A DNA stretch of 64,000 nt from Microthyrium microscopicum (Eukaryota). The notes beneath the pieces are model-generated. The model did no database searches, had not been told where the DNA came from, and saw nothing but the letters and a program-made list of their open reading frames with translations. The stretch is taken from contig MU004233.1 in assembly GCA_010405405.1 (NCBI GenBank), positions 2,582,539 through 2,646,538 of the forward strand, in the 5' to 3' direction. The position numbers and the translations under genes are program-made. Below, one piece after another: positions 13,675-26,400 of the stretch; position 1 is the stretch's first letter; each line of letters begins with the position of its first letter.

Positions 13675-14627
13675 ATGCTAAATGAAGAATTGTCAGTATT
13701 TATGATAGTCGAGTATCAGATTGAGCTATGGACCACAATCTGTAATTGATCCTGTCCTACTACACGCTCGGAAACAAGCTTGCCCGTGTCTGAAGCTCCT
13801 ACTTGTGCAGAATCTGAGATCCATAGATCAAGGTACCACTCTAAACGTCTACTCAATGAAGAAACACGGCACCACGTAGGTAATGTATCCATCTCGCTGC
13901 AAGGTGCCTTTGCAGTAGCATTCTTCGCTGGGGCTTGACGTCAAGATTGGGTTACAGCAGAGCGTAATCTCTCTGGAATAACGAGTAAGTTTTAACTCCA
14001 AATGCCTGTGGAGAACAGCTCAAAGGGTGTTAGATGCATGATGGCATCAACGACAGGTATCACTACAGCCCTTGCTTGACAGAGAAAATTCCTTCCGTAA
14101 TGTATCGAACTCGGCCATGGAGAATCATGAGCTTGTCATTCGATATACCCTCGATGTGCAGCAAGATCACTTATTTTGAGCAATGCTGATGGATTGCAAG
14201 AATGCGACTGGTTATAGTAACAATTGGGTTTCTACAGACTCCGAGAGATGACGATCGAAAGAATGCCAGGTTTGCTTTCCAAACGCTCGGAACTATTCTA
14301 GCTCTAGTCCATCCTATCTAATGATCTGACTATCAGAAGGTTGTCAGCTTGTGAAAGAATGATTGTGAAGAATAGCCCACTTACCAATGCAACTATGAAA
14401 AATCTGAATAAGTCATAAGTGAAAGTTCCAGAGTAATTCCCCGCAAAGCCCGATGAAAGAAGTTCCTTATCAGGTCAACCTCTCCTTCGCATGGACCAGT
14501 CAAATCAAAAATGCCATAGTCCCGAGTCACCGACACCCATCGATCATAGGAGTCGCCCATATTCAAATATGATGATAAACTTCAAGCGCCCCAGGTCGTG
14601 ACCAAGAGGCTTTCCTTTGTATTAAGT

Positions 14628-15935
14628 TCAAGTGGCTTCTGATATGAAATCCTGTTTATTGTATGGCCCGTATTCGCTCGAACCGTCGTCTTTGTCAATT
14701 AAGTATATTTGCAGAGCAAACTGGCCATCCACAGCTTCGTCCCAGATAGGATCACCGCGCTCATCAACCTGGACAGTATCTTTGCCACTAGGCCATTTCA
14801 ACTGTCTACGCTTGAGATCCATCTGAAAATCCTTGTAGGTTGCGTTCCTTCTATCGATGTCTTTGGGATCTCGAGTGTGGAGGTAAGGAATTGGGTTGAC
14901 ACCGTATCTGGATATCGTTAACACGTAGATGGGTATCTAGGGGGATAGGATAAGAGAGATCACATACTCAGCTTGAATCTGACGTCCGATGTCCTCCTGG
15001 CTTAGCCCAACTATTTGTCCTGCCGCCCAGTAGAAATCCTAGAGCTACTGTATGGCTCCACTGCTCGCAACGAGTTCCGCACTGAAAGCATCGAAAGGTC
15101 CAGGACAGCCCCTCTTGATCAATTTCTGGATTATCCTATCGAAGCCACCCTCCATCATCATGTTTGTGCTAACTCCAAAGTCATATTTGCCTCGTCCATA
15201 TAACTTGAACACACGCTTGCTCCGGACGTTGTATCTGATTTGAGCCATGGTCGCATTACAAAGGATATGGATCGGGTCAAGAGATTGCTCCTAATATTCA
15301 TTAGTCTGAAAACCTTATGTATGACATCGGTTTCTAGAGGTTCCTTGGCGGCAATAGTGATTAAGGGATTCAAGAGAGGGAGTCATAGCATTAGCCAGAA
15401 GTCCTTGAAGGCAGGAACTTACAGGATTACCAGCACCAGCTCTTGTCTCGGACAATTCCGTAGTCTCAGGTAGTCCCGTAGCCTCAGGTATTTTCGTACT
15501 GTCATGCAGGTTGGTAGCCTCAGGATATTCCGCAGTCTCAGGCAATTCTGTACCATCAAGCAGGCCCACAGAATCAGACACGTTGTCAATTTTGGAATCG
15601 GGACGCTCTACAGGCTCTACAGGAGCATCGCCGGCTTTGAGATGATTGAGGTGCTTGTAAATTGGGGAAGGAGCTGACTGCTTGAAAGAATCTGAAGGTG
15701 ACGGTCTTCGAGGTGACGAAGGCCTAGGAGGACCATCAGGTCGGGGAGTGGTAAGAGTCATTCGCATTTCGGTAGATTTCCCCGAGTTCAAGATAGTCTT
15801 GAGATGATTGTTGCTGATGACCCACCCTTGCTCAGATTTGACTTTTTTGAACAACTCGCCTTGACTCAGTCCGGGGTTTGACGTTTTGCAGCCCTTGACG
15901 GCTTTCTTCATATCCGCTCTAGTTGGTAGATCCAT
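14628..15935 (-). pseudogene. Fungal hypothetical gene with two in-frame TAG stops (15045-15047, 15039-15041); introns 15291-15422 and 14908-14967
   Basis: One reading frame across canonical introns: MDLPTRADM...AGNP|EQSLDP...KRVFKLYGRGKYDFGVS...GAIQ*L*DFYWAAG...QIQAE|YGVNPIPY...ISEAT*. No intron signal covers the two stops. Confidence 0.6.
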
Positions 15936-16785
15936 CCTGAGTTGATGGGCGCAAACGGATGAATAGTGATAAATCTAAGTGGAGCTGGCAATCAATGGAG
16001 AGTTTGTAATAATGCTGGAGAGTGCGGAGAAGCAGATAAAGAATATTATAGGGCGCAAGGTATCATCAAAAACGGACCAGGCTCCAAGGAAAGAGCAGGA
16101 GGCGCTTATATCAGGAGTGTCCTGGTATTTAAGTAAGCACAGAACACATCAGTTACCTTATTGCCACTCCATCATAGCCCAACATTGGGAGTCTAGGTTT
16201 CGAACGCTCTTTAAAGTTTTATTGAACACATTGATAGCTGGAAAAATAGTGATCAGATCGTGATAGGAAAACGGTGCCTATCAGTCGACAGAATTGCTAG
16301 CACGATGCCATCAAGTATGATGCTTACTGCCTGCTGCGCGGTGTTATCGACGGGTGACGTCCTAAGTAGCTGATGGTAGAGCGCCAGTCACCTGCATGTT
16401 GTTGAATGGTTGGTATGCTTTGATTGCATGCTAGCATTGCCATTAACCGATTGACTTTTTGAACAATCTCAGCATAATATTGGAGCGAGCGAGAGACACA
16501 AGAAGACCGATTGCTCATGGAGAACTTAGTATAGCGCTGGCATGTGTTTTACCGCAGGCGAAGTCTTGACGAGATCATGTAGTAACGGTGATACAGATCA
16601 TCTTGTCCAGAACGGGGCTCCAGTGGTTTGCCAGGACTGGCAAAGAGGGAAATTTAGCTTTCAAACTCAGCGGAAGCATTTGTCTCATTTCTCCATGAAA
16701 CTTTGTTCAAGCTTGGAGAAGGTGAAGTTCAGAAAGGGAGTTAAATGCATTTCTGGCGACTAGCCTTCTCCTGGATTAGCGCCAA

Positions 16786-16828
16786 ACGCGAAAACGCGAT
16801 ATTGGCGCGTCGTGCACGCGTTTCGCGC
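16786..16828. promoter_or_regulatory. Cluster of MCB/SCB-like cell-cycle boxes upstream of CDC6
   Basis: aaACGCGAAAACGCGatattgGCGCGTcgtgcACGCGTTTCGCG, about 240 bp upstream of the ATG. Confidence 0.75.
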
Positions 16829-17060
16829 CGAACTCCTAGCCCACCTTCTTCCATTAAGATCTTGCACCTTCAGACCTACTTCAGTCACCATATGCGATTT
16901 GTCTAGAGCAATCATCTTCAGTCGACTGCCCTGGTTCTTACTCCCAGCTTCTCTGGAGACTCAGTAGAACTTGTCCCAGGAACAACTCGAAAGCCAAGCA
17001 GCGACACCCTCTGTCGACCAACATCCTTCCACCCTCTAGCAAATGTTCCTTCAATCCACC

Positions 17061-18965
17061 ATGGCAGTTCTTGGAAAACGTACTCGCCGGCAGGAAATTG
17101 CATCTTCCAGCCCTGTTACTCCACGGGTTACGCGAGCGAAGCGACGAGCTACTGAAGAGTCAACCAAGCCGTTTGTCATTGTCAGCGACGAGGAGGAAAA
17201 CCCATTCATAACGTCTACGCGCGGCAAGAGAAAGCGATCGACGAAGAAAACCAATGCCGACATCGATGATCTTTCTCTAGAGAACCCACCACCGCTTAAG
17301 AAGCAGGCAGGTGGAGTTGGCAACCGCCCAGAGCCAAAGAAAGTTGACAGCGCCTCTCCGGTTTCAAAGAACGACTCGGTTCCGACTACTCCTCGTCACC
17401 GAGATCACAATGGCAAGATTGCAATTACTCCACGACACCGTGCATTGATGGGTCTAGCTGGGACTCCGCAATCACTACGGACGCCTACTACGCCTCGCTT
17501 CTTTCCATCGGTATATGCCGATGCTCGAAGATTGTTCCGCGGTAGCGCTCAATCAGCCAAAGTCATTGGCCGCGAAAATGAGAAGGAAGAACTCACGACA
17601 TTCATCTCAAAACGTTTCAAGACTAAGAGCTCTGGTTGTGTCTACATTTCTGGTCCACCCGGAACTGGCAAGAGCGCCCTGGTTACAGAGATTCTTCATG
17701 AATTACAAGAAACCTTTATAGTTCAGACCTCATATTGCAACTGTATGAGCATCAAGAATGTTAACGACATCTACGCCAAACTTTTCGACGACTTCGGTGC
17801 TGCCGATGTGCTCCAAGGAGATGAAACCGCTGGACTAAAGAAGATTTTCCACTCCAAAACACAGTCACACTTTATCATTCTTGACGAGATTGATCATCTA
17901 TTGGATGTGGATCTCGACCTGCTATATCAACTTTTTGAGTGGTCTCTCAAGAAGACATCATCACTGGTCCTTGTTGGCATTGCGAATGCTTTGGACCTCA
18001 CCGATCGATTTCTTCCTCGCCTCAAGGCCAAAAACTTGAAGCCACACCTCATTCCGTTCATGCCATATTCAGTCAAGGAAATTAGTTCTATCATTACTTC
18101 CAAGCTCAACACTCTTATGCCAGTCAATGAGACTGAGCCTTCAACACACGTACCATTCATTCATCCAACAGCTATTCAATTCTTAGCCAAAAAGGTTGCC
18201 GCTCAGACTGGCGACATTCGCAAAGCATTCGCAATCGCTCTCCGCGCCATCGATCTCATCGAAACAGAAACGCAAACCTCCCTCTCGAAAAGCGCTGGAG
18301 AAATGAGTCCATCCATATCCCCCAGCCCATCCAAGACGCCACTCAGCGAAAACATCTTTCTCTCATCTCCCACCAAGACCAAATCACCACGCAAACATAC
18401 GCCTGTCAAAAACCCAATGGCCCTTCTGACTGTAGCCAACGCACCACGAGTCACCATTGCCCACATGGCACGCGTCACAGCTACAGCCTTCAGCAATGGC
18501 CTGACACAGCGCCTAGCAGCACTCAACCTTCAGCAAAAAGCAGCCCTCTGCGCACTCTCCGCTCTCGAAGGTAGACTACGAGATGACGCCAACATGCCCC
18601 AAACACCTAGCAAAAAGACCCTCGCACCAACTCTTCGCGCCCTCTTCACAGCATATGCCAAGCTATGCAAACACGACAATGTAATCGCGCCCCTCACAGC
18701 CTGCGAATTCCGCGATGTTCTTGTCGGTCTCGAGACCCTTTCGCTCGTATCCTGGGTCGACGGCAAAACGGGCAGTCTAGGCGCCGCAGCGGGTGTAAGC
18801 ACACCATCACGACGAGGCCGTGGAAAAGCCACTGGAGGCATGGACTCTGAAGGCATGGAGAACCAAAAGATCGCCAGTACGATTGGCGTCAAGGAGTTGA
18901 AAGCGAGTCTCAATGGAGCCGGATCGGACATTTTGTTGGCGTTGATGGACGGATACGCACTATAG
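17061..18965 (+). CDS. CDC6: Cell division control protein Cdc6/Cdc18, AAA+ replication licensing ATPase
   Basis: Walker A GPPGTGKS, Walker B IILDEID, GIANALDLTDRFLPRL, GDIRKA, many S/TP CDK sites, C-terminal winged helix. Confidence 0.96.
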   Translation: MAVLGKRTRRQEIASSSPVTPRVTRAKRRATEESTKPFVIVSDEEENPFITSTRGKRKRSTKKTNADIDDLSLENPPPLKKQAGGVGNRPEPKKVDSASPVSKNDSVPTTPRHRDHNGKIAITPRHRALMGLAGTPQSLRTPTTPRFFPSVYADARRLFRGSAQSAKVIGRENEKEELTTFISKRFKTKSSGCVYISGPPGTGKSALVTEILHELQETFIVQTSYCNCMSIKNVNDIYAKLFDDFGAADVLQGDETAGLKKIFHSKTQSHFIILDEIDHLLDVDLDLLYQLFEWSLKKTSSLVLVGIANALDLTDRFLPRLKAKNLKPHLIPFMPYSVKEISSIITSKLNTLMPVNETEPSTHVPFIHPTAIQFLAKKVAAQTGDIRKAFAIALRAIDLIETETQTSLSKSAGEMSPSISPSPSKTPLSENIFLSSPTKTKSPRKHTPVKNPMALLTVANAPRVTIAHMARVTATAFSNGLTQRLAALNLQQKAALCALSALEGRLRDDANMPQTPSKKTLAPTLRALFTAYAKLCKHDNVIAPLTACEFRDVLVGLETLSLVSWVDGKTGSLGAAAGVSTPSRRGRGKATGGMDSEGMENQKIASTIGVKELKASLNGAGSDILLALMDGYAL

Positions 18966-19124
18966 CATCATATCAGGGGCGCATCGTAAGGTTGTCATGT
19001 GTAAACGGTCGTTTTGTTTGGATACATTAGCATTCAGCGCATAGATTTGCATTAGGCGCTGGTTTCGATATCATGAATTTGAACCCCATTTAATCCATCT
19101 CTGTCCTATCATAACATCTCCAGA

Positions 19125-19923
19125 TCATTCAAACCTCCGCCGTTCTTCCTTCCAAATGCCCAACCCCTGACCCATTGCACCCACACTCTCCCGTACACCA
19201 TTCACCAACGCTTTCGCCATACCTTCGCGCTGAACTCCTTTCTTCACTGGCTCGGCGCCAGCAACAGTATAGCTTGATCCTTCACCAGTCGCGTACTCGG
19301 AGCCCATGCTCGGCAATACGTTCTCGCCCGCTGACAACGCGACGAACAGCGCAAAGGGAACTAGCCATACACACAGCCCAAAGAAACTCGCGATCTCATT
19401 GAAGCTGGGCAGCGCCTGTGCAGGATCGTATGGGTTATAGCGGAATGCGCCAGAGTCGTGTGGCGGACGCTGGAAATGGTTGAACCAGAGGAAATGATTC
19501 GTCAAGACAAGAACTACATGGAGCGATTAGCATCGTATCCAGACAGGACAAACTATGGGGACTCAGTACCGCATGATAACAAAAAGAACGGATCAGTCAA
19601 TTTGACAACAGGAAACCTCCGTAAATTCTGCAAATACACCAAGTGACTACCAACACTGAGGACGCTAAGTTTGAATGGGAAACGGTCGATTATTACGAGG
19701 AGAGTTTGCAGGGCAATAACGGTGTAGATTAGGCGTGTGAGGACTTTTTTGGCAAGGACGGTGTGTTCTTCGACTATCTCGGACAGGTAGTAGAGGCCGG
19801 AGGCTATATGGTTTGTTAGTGATTAAAAGGGATGATGGAGACGGGGTGTTTACCTATTGCGAGGGTTAGGAAGCAGAAGCCTAGGATGACGCCTATGAAG
19901 CCGAGCAGAGGGAGGATCCACAT
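19125..19923 (-). CDS. SVP26: Svp26/Tex261 ER-Golgi cargo adaptor membrane protein; 2 introns
   Basis: MWILPLLGFIG...LTLAI|ASGLYYLSEIVEEHTVLAKK..., NHFLWFNHF, EIASFFGLCVWLVPFALFVALSAGENVLP. Confidence 0.92.
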
Positions 19924-20462
19924 TGTGACGCGATGTTTGGTGTATGAAGAGAAGATAGAGGAATGATCATGGCGGCATGATGTGGGCGTTGAAAGGCGAT
20001 GTATGAATGTCGCGAAGAGAACACTTGTGTGAAAGATCAACGTCAATGAGGCTTGATGATGCAGGCGCATCACTGGTATTCGGTACAATGCAGAGCATAT
20101 TACGCTGTAGCTGTGCCAAGATCTGGTGTCTCTTTTAAGCGTGACTTATCTCTGCTAGTTGCTGCATTTGATGGCCTTCATCGGGCTAGGCGAACAGCGT
20201 AAATGTAGTTCTATATGAACAGAGTGCGCGAAATCCACTGACATACAGCTGCAGAATCCCCAAAGTTTCTTCTACGAAACATTTTCGGGCTTAATTTTTA
20301 CAGACAGAAGAGCGTTTCGTGAAAATCGGAAATCAAGATGAGGCTGAATCTTATCTTATCTTACTCAACTACCTAGGTACTCTCCATCTAAGATTTTAGA
20401 CTTCAACTCCAAAATTCTTTTTACAGACTTCCCCACCGAGCAATTATACTTCCTAATTCAAG

Positions 20463-21328
20463 ATGTCTCGGCCAGAGGATATCCTGTAGGTCTAAGAAGC
20501 CCAGCTCTTTGAAACACTGCTAACATATTCAGCCCGCCGGATCTCTACTATGATGATCCAACCTCGAAAAAATATACTTCCAATTCGCGTATCCAAAATA
20601 TCCAAGCGAGCATGACACACCGCGCCCTCGCACTCCTAAACCTCACCGAACCATCTTTGATCCTCGATGTTGGCTCCGGCTCTGGTCTATCAGGAGCAAT
20701 TCTTTCCGCCGTTCCTCCAGAACAAGGCGGACCTCACACTTGGATTGGGATGGATATCTCTGCGAGCATGTTGGCCGTTGCGCTAGAACGGGACGTAGAG
20801 GGAGATATGCTCTTGGCTGACGCTGGTCAAGGCGTTCCGTTTCGTCCAGGTACCTTTGACGCTGCAATCAGTATTAGTGCGGTGCAGTGGCTTTGCAACG
20901 CCGAAAGCAGTGTTGAAAGTGCTCCCGGTCGATTAAAGCGCTTTTTCGAAGGTCTCTATGCCTCATTACGAAGAGGTGGACGAGCTGTCTGCCAGTTCTA
21001 TCCGCGAGACGATAAGCAAAAGAAGATGGTCTCTGACGCTGCCATCAAGGCTGGCTTTGGTGCTGGTTTGCTTGAGGACGGAGGAGGAACCAAGCAAGTA
21101 AAGGTATATCTTGTTCTGACTGTTGGTGAAAGCGGCGATATAACTGGCATCGTGGCTGGTATGGATGGCGTTGACGTTGAAGACCATCGGAAACGACGAA
21201 ACAAGAAAGGCGAACGACCGAATAAGAGAGATGAGATTATACGGCGCAAACACAGAATGGAGGGCAAAGGCAAAGTCGTCAAGGCTACGACCAAATACAC
21301 TGGGCGGAAGCGGAGAATTGCATTTTGA
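20463..21328 (+). CDS. BUD23: 18S rRNA m7G methyltransferase Bud23/WBSCR22; intron ~20486-20532
   Basis: MSRPEDIL|PPDLYYDD...KYTSNSRIQNIQ, SAM motif LDVGSGSGLSG, FRPGTFDAAISISAVQWL, C-terminal TKYTGRKRRIAF. Confidence 0.96.
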
Positions 21329-21428
21329 CTGCTTCTCACATACCTTCAAGCAAGGTTTAACGACATTACGAACAACAAGATACCCAATGCATTTCTATTC
21401 ACACCAAAAGTACTTCGAAAAATGACGT

Positions 21429-22709
21429 CTATCCTTTGCGGAGATATTTCGCTGCTTGTGTCAAATAGTCCCCAACCTAATCCCTCGGTTAGCCTGGTAG
21501 CGAACCTTCGAGCAAAGAGAATCTCATTACCTTATGGAAGCAAGTAGTATTAGCCTTGGCATCTTTTACACTCTCTCCGATTGTATAGTCATAAGGCTGG
21601 CCGGTATGCCTATCGGTCGCTGCTATCTTCAAGGAATTGATGGTCTTCTGCTCCGAGTCTGGCAGTGTGACGACAAATCCAAGAAACTCATCCATCGCCT
21701 CACGACTAGGCCCGGCATCTTCACTTTGATCCGCCAACATCACCTGGCCAAGCTTCTGGATCTTCTCTATTGTGGCCGGCCGAACTCCTTTCTTCAGCTT
21801 ACTCTGGCTGAGTTGAAGCTGTCGGAGCTGTCGGCCAAGAGGATGAGCCAGGATTTTCTTGATGTCTGCTTGCGAGAATAGCTGCTTACTCAGAGGATTT
21901 CTCATCACACCACTGTTCACTTCCAACGCCTTGGAGAGCTCTTCCATATCCCACGCGTAGTTATCTTCCGTCACCATGAACCTTCCTCTCGGGATGTCCT
22001 CAACCCTGTCACCATACATCGTTTCGTCATTGGCGTATCGTTTGTTGAGTTGGTCACGTTCGAAATGGGCGAAAGCGGCTGCTATCTCCTTCTCCATGCT
22101 TTCCGGTAGCGCTGCCTCCAGGAGATGCATACGTTTGAGGACTCGCTGGCGTTTCTCATCTGTTGTTATGCCTTCATTTTGGCTGCTAGCCCACCCGTTT
22201 ACGTTCTCAAAGTCTTCGGCGATGAGCTCTTCTATCTGTCCTGGCGACTTCTTGATTGCTCTAGCAAGTTCCTGGACGGAGAGTGGTTGTGGCATGGGGA
22301 CAGCAACGCTGATATCGCCTCCACTGATGGCTTCCATTACGGATAGCATGTCTCCGAGCCCAGGATTATCGAAAGGACTACCACTAGACTGTCCATCAAG
22401 GTGCTCAGAGGTTGTATGTTCCATCTCGGAAAGGCCTCGAACTTCTTCCTTCAGGATCCTCGCTACCAGCATCAATTCTTTGTATCCAGCCTCTAGTGTC
22501 CTTTCAGCTTCGTTCCGCTGCTCCTCTGTCTCCAGTATCGCTGCACTTCGAGGGACTTGATGGGATTTGCTCGTAGTCTTCTGGGGCGGAGGCGACGCCA
22601 TCTTAGGTTGACGTCTACTCCCGGCGGCGCCTCTTCTCTTGAGATATCGATTTCCTATCGCATTATTTGGATCTAAACTCATCGACATCATTGCAGTTTC
22701 TCTCGCCAT
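21429..22709 (-). CDS. Fungal hypothetical protein with a degenerate U-box/RING-like segment; short last exon after an intron near 21477-21530; start may be 22601
   Basis: 406-aa ORF with YANDETMYGDRVEDIP...NYAWDMEEL...VMRNPLSKQLF. Final exon VGDYLTQAAKYLRKG*. Confidence 0.7.
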
Positions 22710-23184
22710 ATCTGATCAACTCGTTAGCACAATCGATGATGGGGATCAAGGATAACTATGGGTCGAATGTAAATGACATGTTCCCATAAGTGTGATATCT
22801 ATCATACGAGACTCTTTGTTATCGTATCCTTGAGTCAAAGCTTCTTTTCGTAATAAAGCGCAATGGGATATATACTGGCTGATGGGAGAGCATGATGCTC
22901 ACATACCTTGGTCTCCAGCCTCAACCCACCCCTCCAAAATCAGCTCGTGCAGAAAAATACTCGAAGGCTGACCTTCGAGCGCATTGTACAACTCCGTCAG
23001 TAAACCGTCGTCGTCCCGCATGCTTTCAGCCTTGTGGAGATTGCAACAATATTCTGCGTTCACAGCTTTGCTGGAATCAGAAATCAAGCCCCATTGCCGG
23101 TTTATCCATGCGCATATTATTTGCTATCAACCTGATTCACATACTATGGGGTATTTGCAGATGTTTCAAGTGCATTTGTATTGA

Positions 23185-23193
23185 TCAGGCTGA
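23185..23193. promoter_or_regulatory. TCAGGCTGA palindrome in the divergent promoter between the U-box-like gene and the PARP-like gene
   Basis: Exact match, ~310 bp upstream of 23498. Confidence 0.6.
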
Positions 23194-23497
23194 ACAGTGA
23201 GGCGGATTCTCCACATCGGGCTGCATATTCCACTAGACAATGGCTGCATGCCACGTCGAAAACAGCCTTGGGCCTTGATAGTGCCAATACTCGGTGAAAA
23301 GCATGGAAAAGCAAACTTAGGTTGGTATACGATGACTAACGAGTTATGACACTGTATTGAAATCAGCAGTTCACATGACGAGGCATACTCGAGGTTTGCT
23401 TGGTACATGATGTTTCTACCAAGCCTGGGTATACCAGGACTTGAGTTTCGATATACTTGTTCGAAGCATCATATCGTAGCTCCTGGCATGGGTCGAA

Positions 23498-26400
23498 ATG
23501 CCGTTCAAATCTTCGAGAATCTTTGCCTCTGTCAAGAATTCTTTGAACGTCGACAAAGTCAGAATACTATCAAGCTCATCCACTGCTTCGCTGGAACGAT
23601 GGATTCAAGATATCAGAATGGTGGCGGACAGTGTCCCTGGCTACTCACTGGATGCTACTTCAATCCAACAACAAACCTTGGACATGCTTCGAAATGCTAC
23701 AGACAGCTATTTGCTCAGCACCAAAAATCGATCAGACCAATTCTCTGCTCAGTTCGATAGCACATTGGATACCCTGGTCCAGGATTTTACTCTTCGATGG
23801 CCCTCGGACAGACTAATTGCCATTTTTGCCTGTCTTCACCTGTCTTCTGCTGGATTAGCGACGACACACATACTGTCTATACGAGCACTAGATGCTGAAC
23901 AGTACCTGACGTGTCTGCTCATATGCGACCAAATTCGACCAGCTTTCATACCACCGCGAGAAATACAGATTGCCAACAGCCTCAATCAAGTCATAAGAGC
24001 GAAATCCAGACATATCCATGAATTTGGATTGCTTGTGGAAAGGTTTCGGTTGATGGAAACGAGACACTGGCTGGACAGTGGCGTGGTAGAGCATCTCCTG
24101 GCAAGATACGACATCGCTGGGAGAATGTGGCATGAAATAAACGTGCTTCTCGAAAATAGGAGGCTACACACTCTCTATGGAGTCGTGGCTTGGAGACACA
24201 GTTTGCCGGCCGATAACGCTGCCATAATGTCAATAATCAATAGTTCCTTCCCACATCTCCCTTGGATCTTGACCTGGCGGCCACATGTTCAGCGAATCAA
24301 GCAGTGGGAAGAAGCGTCCTTTGCCATTGAGGATAGAAGGCGGCTGGAAAGGGTGTTCGACTTTGATGGCCCAGATGTCACATCATCTGGCCAGCAGTCG
24401 AAATTGAGTTTAGCAGCAAGAGGGAGCTACAAGCACGTTCCGGTGCAGCCAGAGACTCCAGAAACACATGAAAAGCTATTGCAGCTTCTCTCAGATGCCC
24501 AAAGAGCTGGTCAAGGGATGGTCAAAATTTTCATTCAGCTATGCGTGGAGAACTGCGCTGATGAGAAAGCCATGTCAATGGTTCGATTGGCTATAGAGAA
24601 TGGTGATAGTGACTTATGCGATGGCCTATCATTGATATACAATGCTCTCTACACTCAGAAAGGCTTGAGTAATCAGATTGGCGAACTCGCGAAGGCGTTA
24701 TCCACGGTAAAGAGTGGAGAGTATGCGGATACCTCTCTTATTCCACTGGAGCAAATCGTCCAACAGGTCGAGAGCTTATTAGACGCTGCTCAAACAACCT
24801 TTCGAGAACAACTCCAGAGTGGAACTGGAGAATTCGTAGGAATGCTGATTTCAGATCTCAAGCAAGCTGTGTTAAAGGCGGTCTGGCTTCATAAAAACAT
24901 TTCACCTCAACTGCTTGCCCGACTTGTGCAAATCCCCTCTGAAGATGTTCTAGAGGCTACATTCAAGCATCTGTATGATGCTGAAAGAACTGGTCAAGTG
25001 GCAGATGCCCGCTTTAAGGACTATTTGGCATCGACTTTAGGAGGCCAATCGGGGATGAGTGCCTCTGCTGGTCATCTTGTCTCTTTCCAAGAGATTCAAG
25101 TCGAGCTCGAATTCTGGAAAACCAACCGTAGCAGTACGAGAAGGGATCTCGCTAAAATCATTTCTGGGTTGGAAGACATACCTCAGGCCACGTACATTTC
25201 ATGTCTACCTGCGATCATTCAAGAAGACGACACTTTTATCGAAGAGATCAAGCACATCTTAGCATCGGAGAAGAAGGTCACTTGTTTCCAGTTCTCAAGG
25301 TATATAGCCCGACGACGTAGAAATGGACAGTTGCTCCACGATTGCTGGATTATGATTCTTGGTGTGCTTATCCAACAGCAAGGTCAAGACTGGCTGCCCC
25401 ATGCCGCTACTAGGATGGTTCTGGTTGAATGGCTGGGCTTTATCAAAGACATGCAATTCCTTCTAGGTCCCATACAATCTCAACTCTCGCTCTCTTGGCC
25501 GGGTCTGACTCCTGAGCGGCTCGATTGGTGGGGACATCTTTCGAAGCATGAATCAACGATTCAATTTCTCGTTGAACAGCCGAGGACCCATCGAAACATT
25601 CAATGGCTATATTTCCCATCTCGGCAAAATGAAATACAAGAATTGATAAACCTGGTGCAAAGCCACAAGACCATGCCTCCTACGCGGAAGATAGCTCTTT
25701 CTTATCTTGACATGGACGGCAACAACGTTGTCAATATCAACACGCTGCTCCGGTCATTCGACACGCTGTCTGATTTTCCACGAGCAGCCTTTGATAGAGT
25801 AGTACTCAGAGCTCAAAGTTCAGGCATCTGGCCTAAGAATGCTGTTGGTGCTTTACTTCGTTGCTGGGCTCGAAGTGCCGAGCTTGATCAGTCTGCTTGC
25901 TCGGCATTTCAGGCCTTTGGTGTTGTCCTCCAAATATCGCGATCAACGCACTCGCGGACCCACGGCAATCAAGTGGCCTCGCAAGAGATTGAAAGAGAAT
26001 GTAAAGAAGTTTTGCAAGATGCAGAGAAACTTGAGCGTTTACGATGGCAGCTTCAGAGAAAGCGGCCAAAGAGAGTGGCGGCTCTGCTCAAAAGCCTAGA
26101 TATCATGGATTCTATGCATGGTAGACACTCAGATCTGCCAGAAAGCTTGATTGACGCGGTCGAGGTATTGAGTGATAATGAATACGAGATTACATTTCCT
26201 CTGACTGACCTCGGAGAGATTCAGCTCTATGGTCGGGGTATAACGAAGAAGTCTCGCATATTGAGGCTACGTATTCGATTGGATGGCAAGCCAGCATTTT
26301 GCGTTCATACATCCGCTGAAACCGACTCCAGCTCCAATCAACACTACTACTGGGACGTGTTTGATGATTATACAAATGGTCCTGCTTGTTCACAGCGGCC

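Noticed and set aside
15291..15317. Two further in-frame stops (TAA 15315, TAG 15291) in the 14628-15935 gene
   Set aside because: Both fall inside a canonical 132-nt phase-0 intron (gtaagt at 15422, actaat branch, tag at 15291), so they are not nonsense mutations.
20339..20347. TGAGGCTGA near BUD23/SVP26 and other one-mismatch variants of the motif
   Set aside because: One-mismatch 9-mers are expected many times by chance, so they were not counted.
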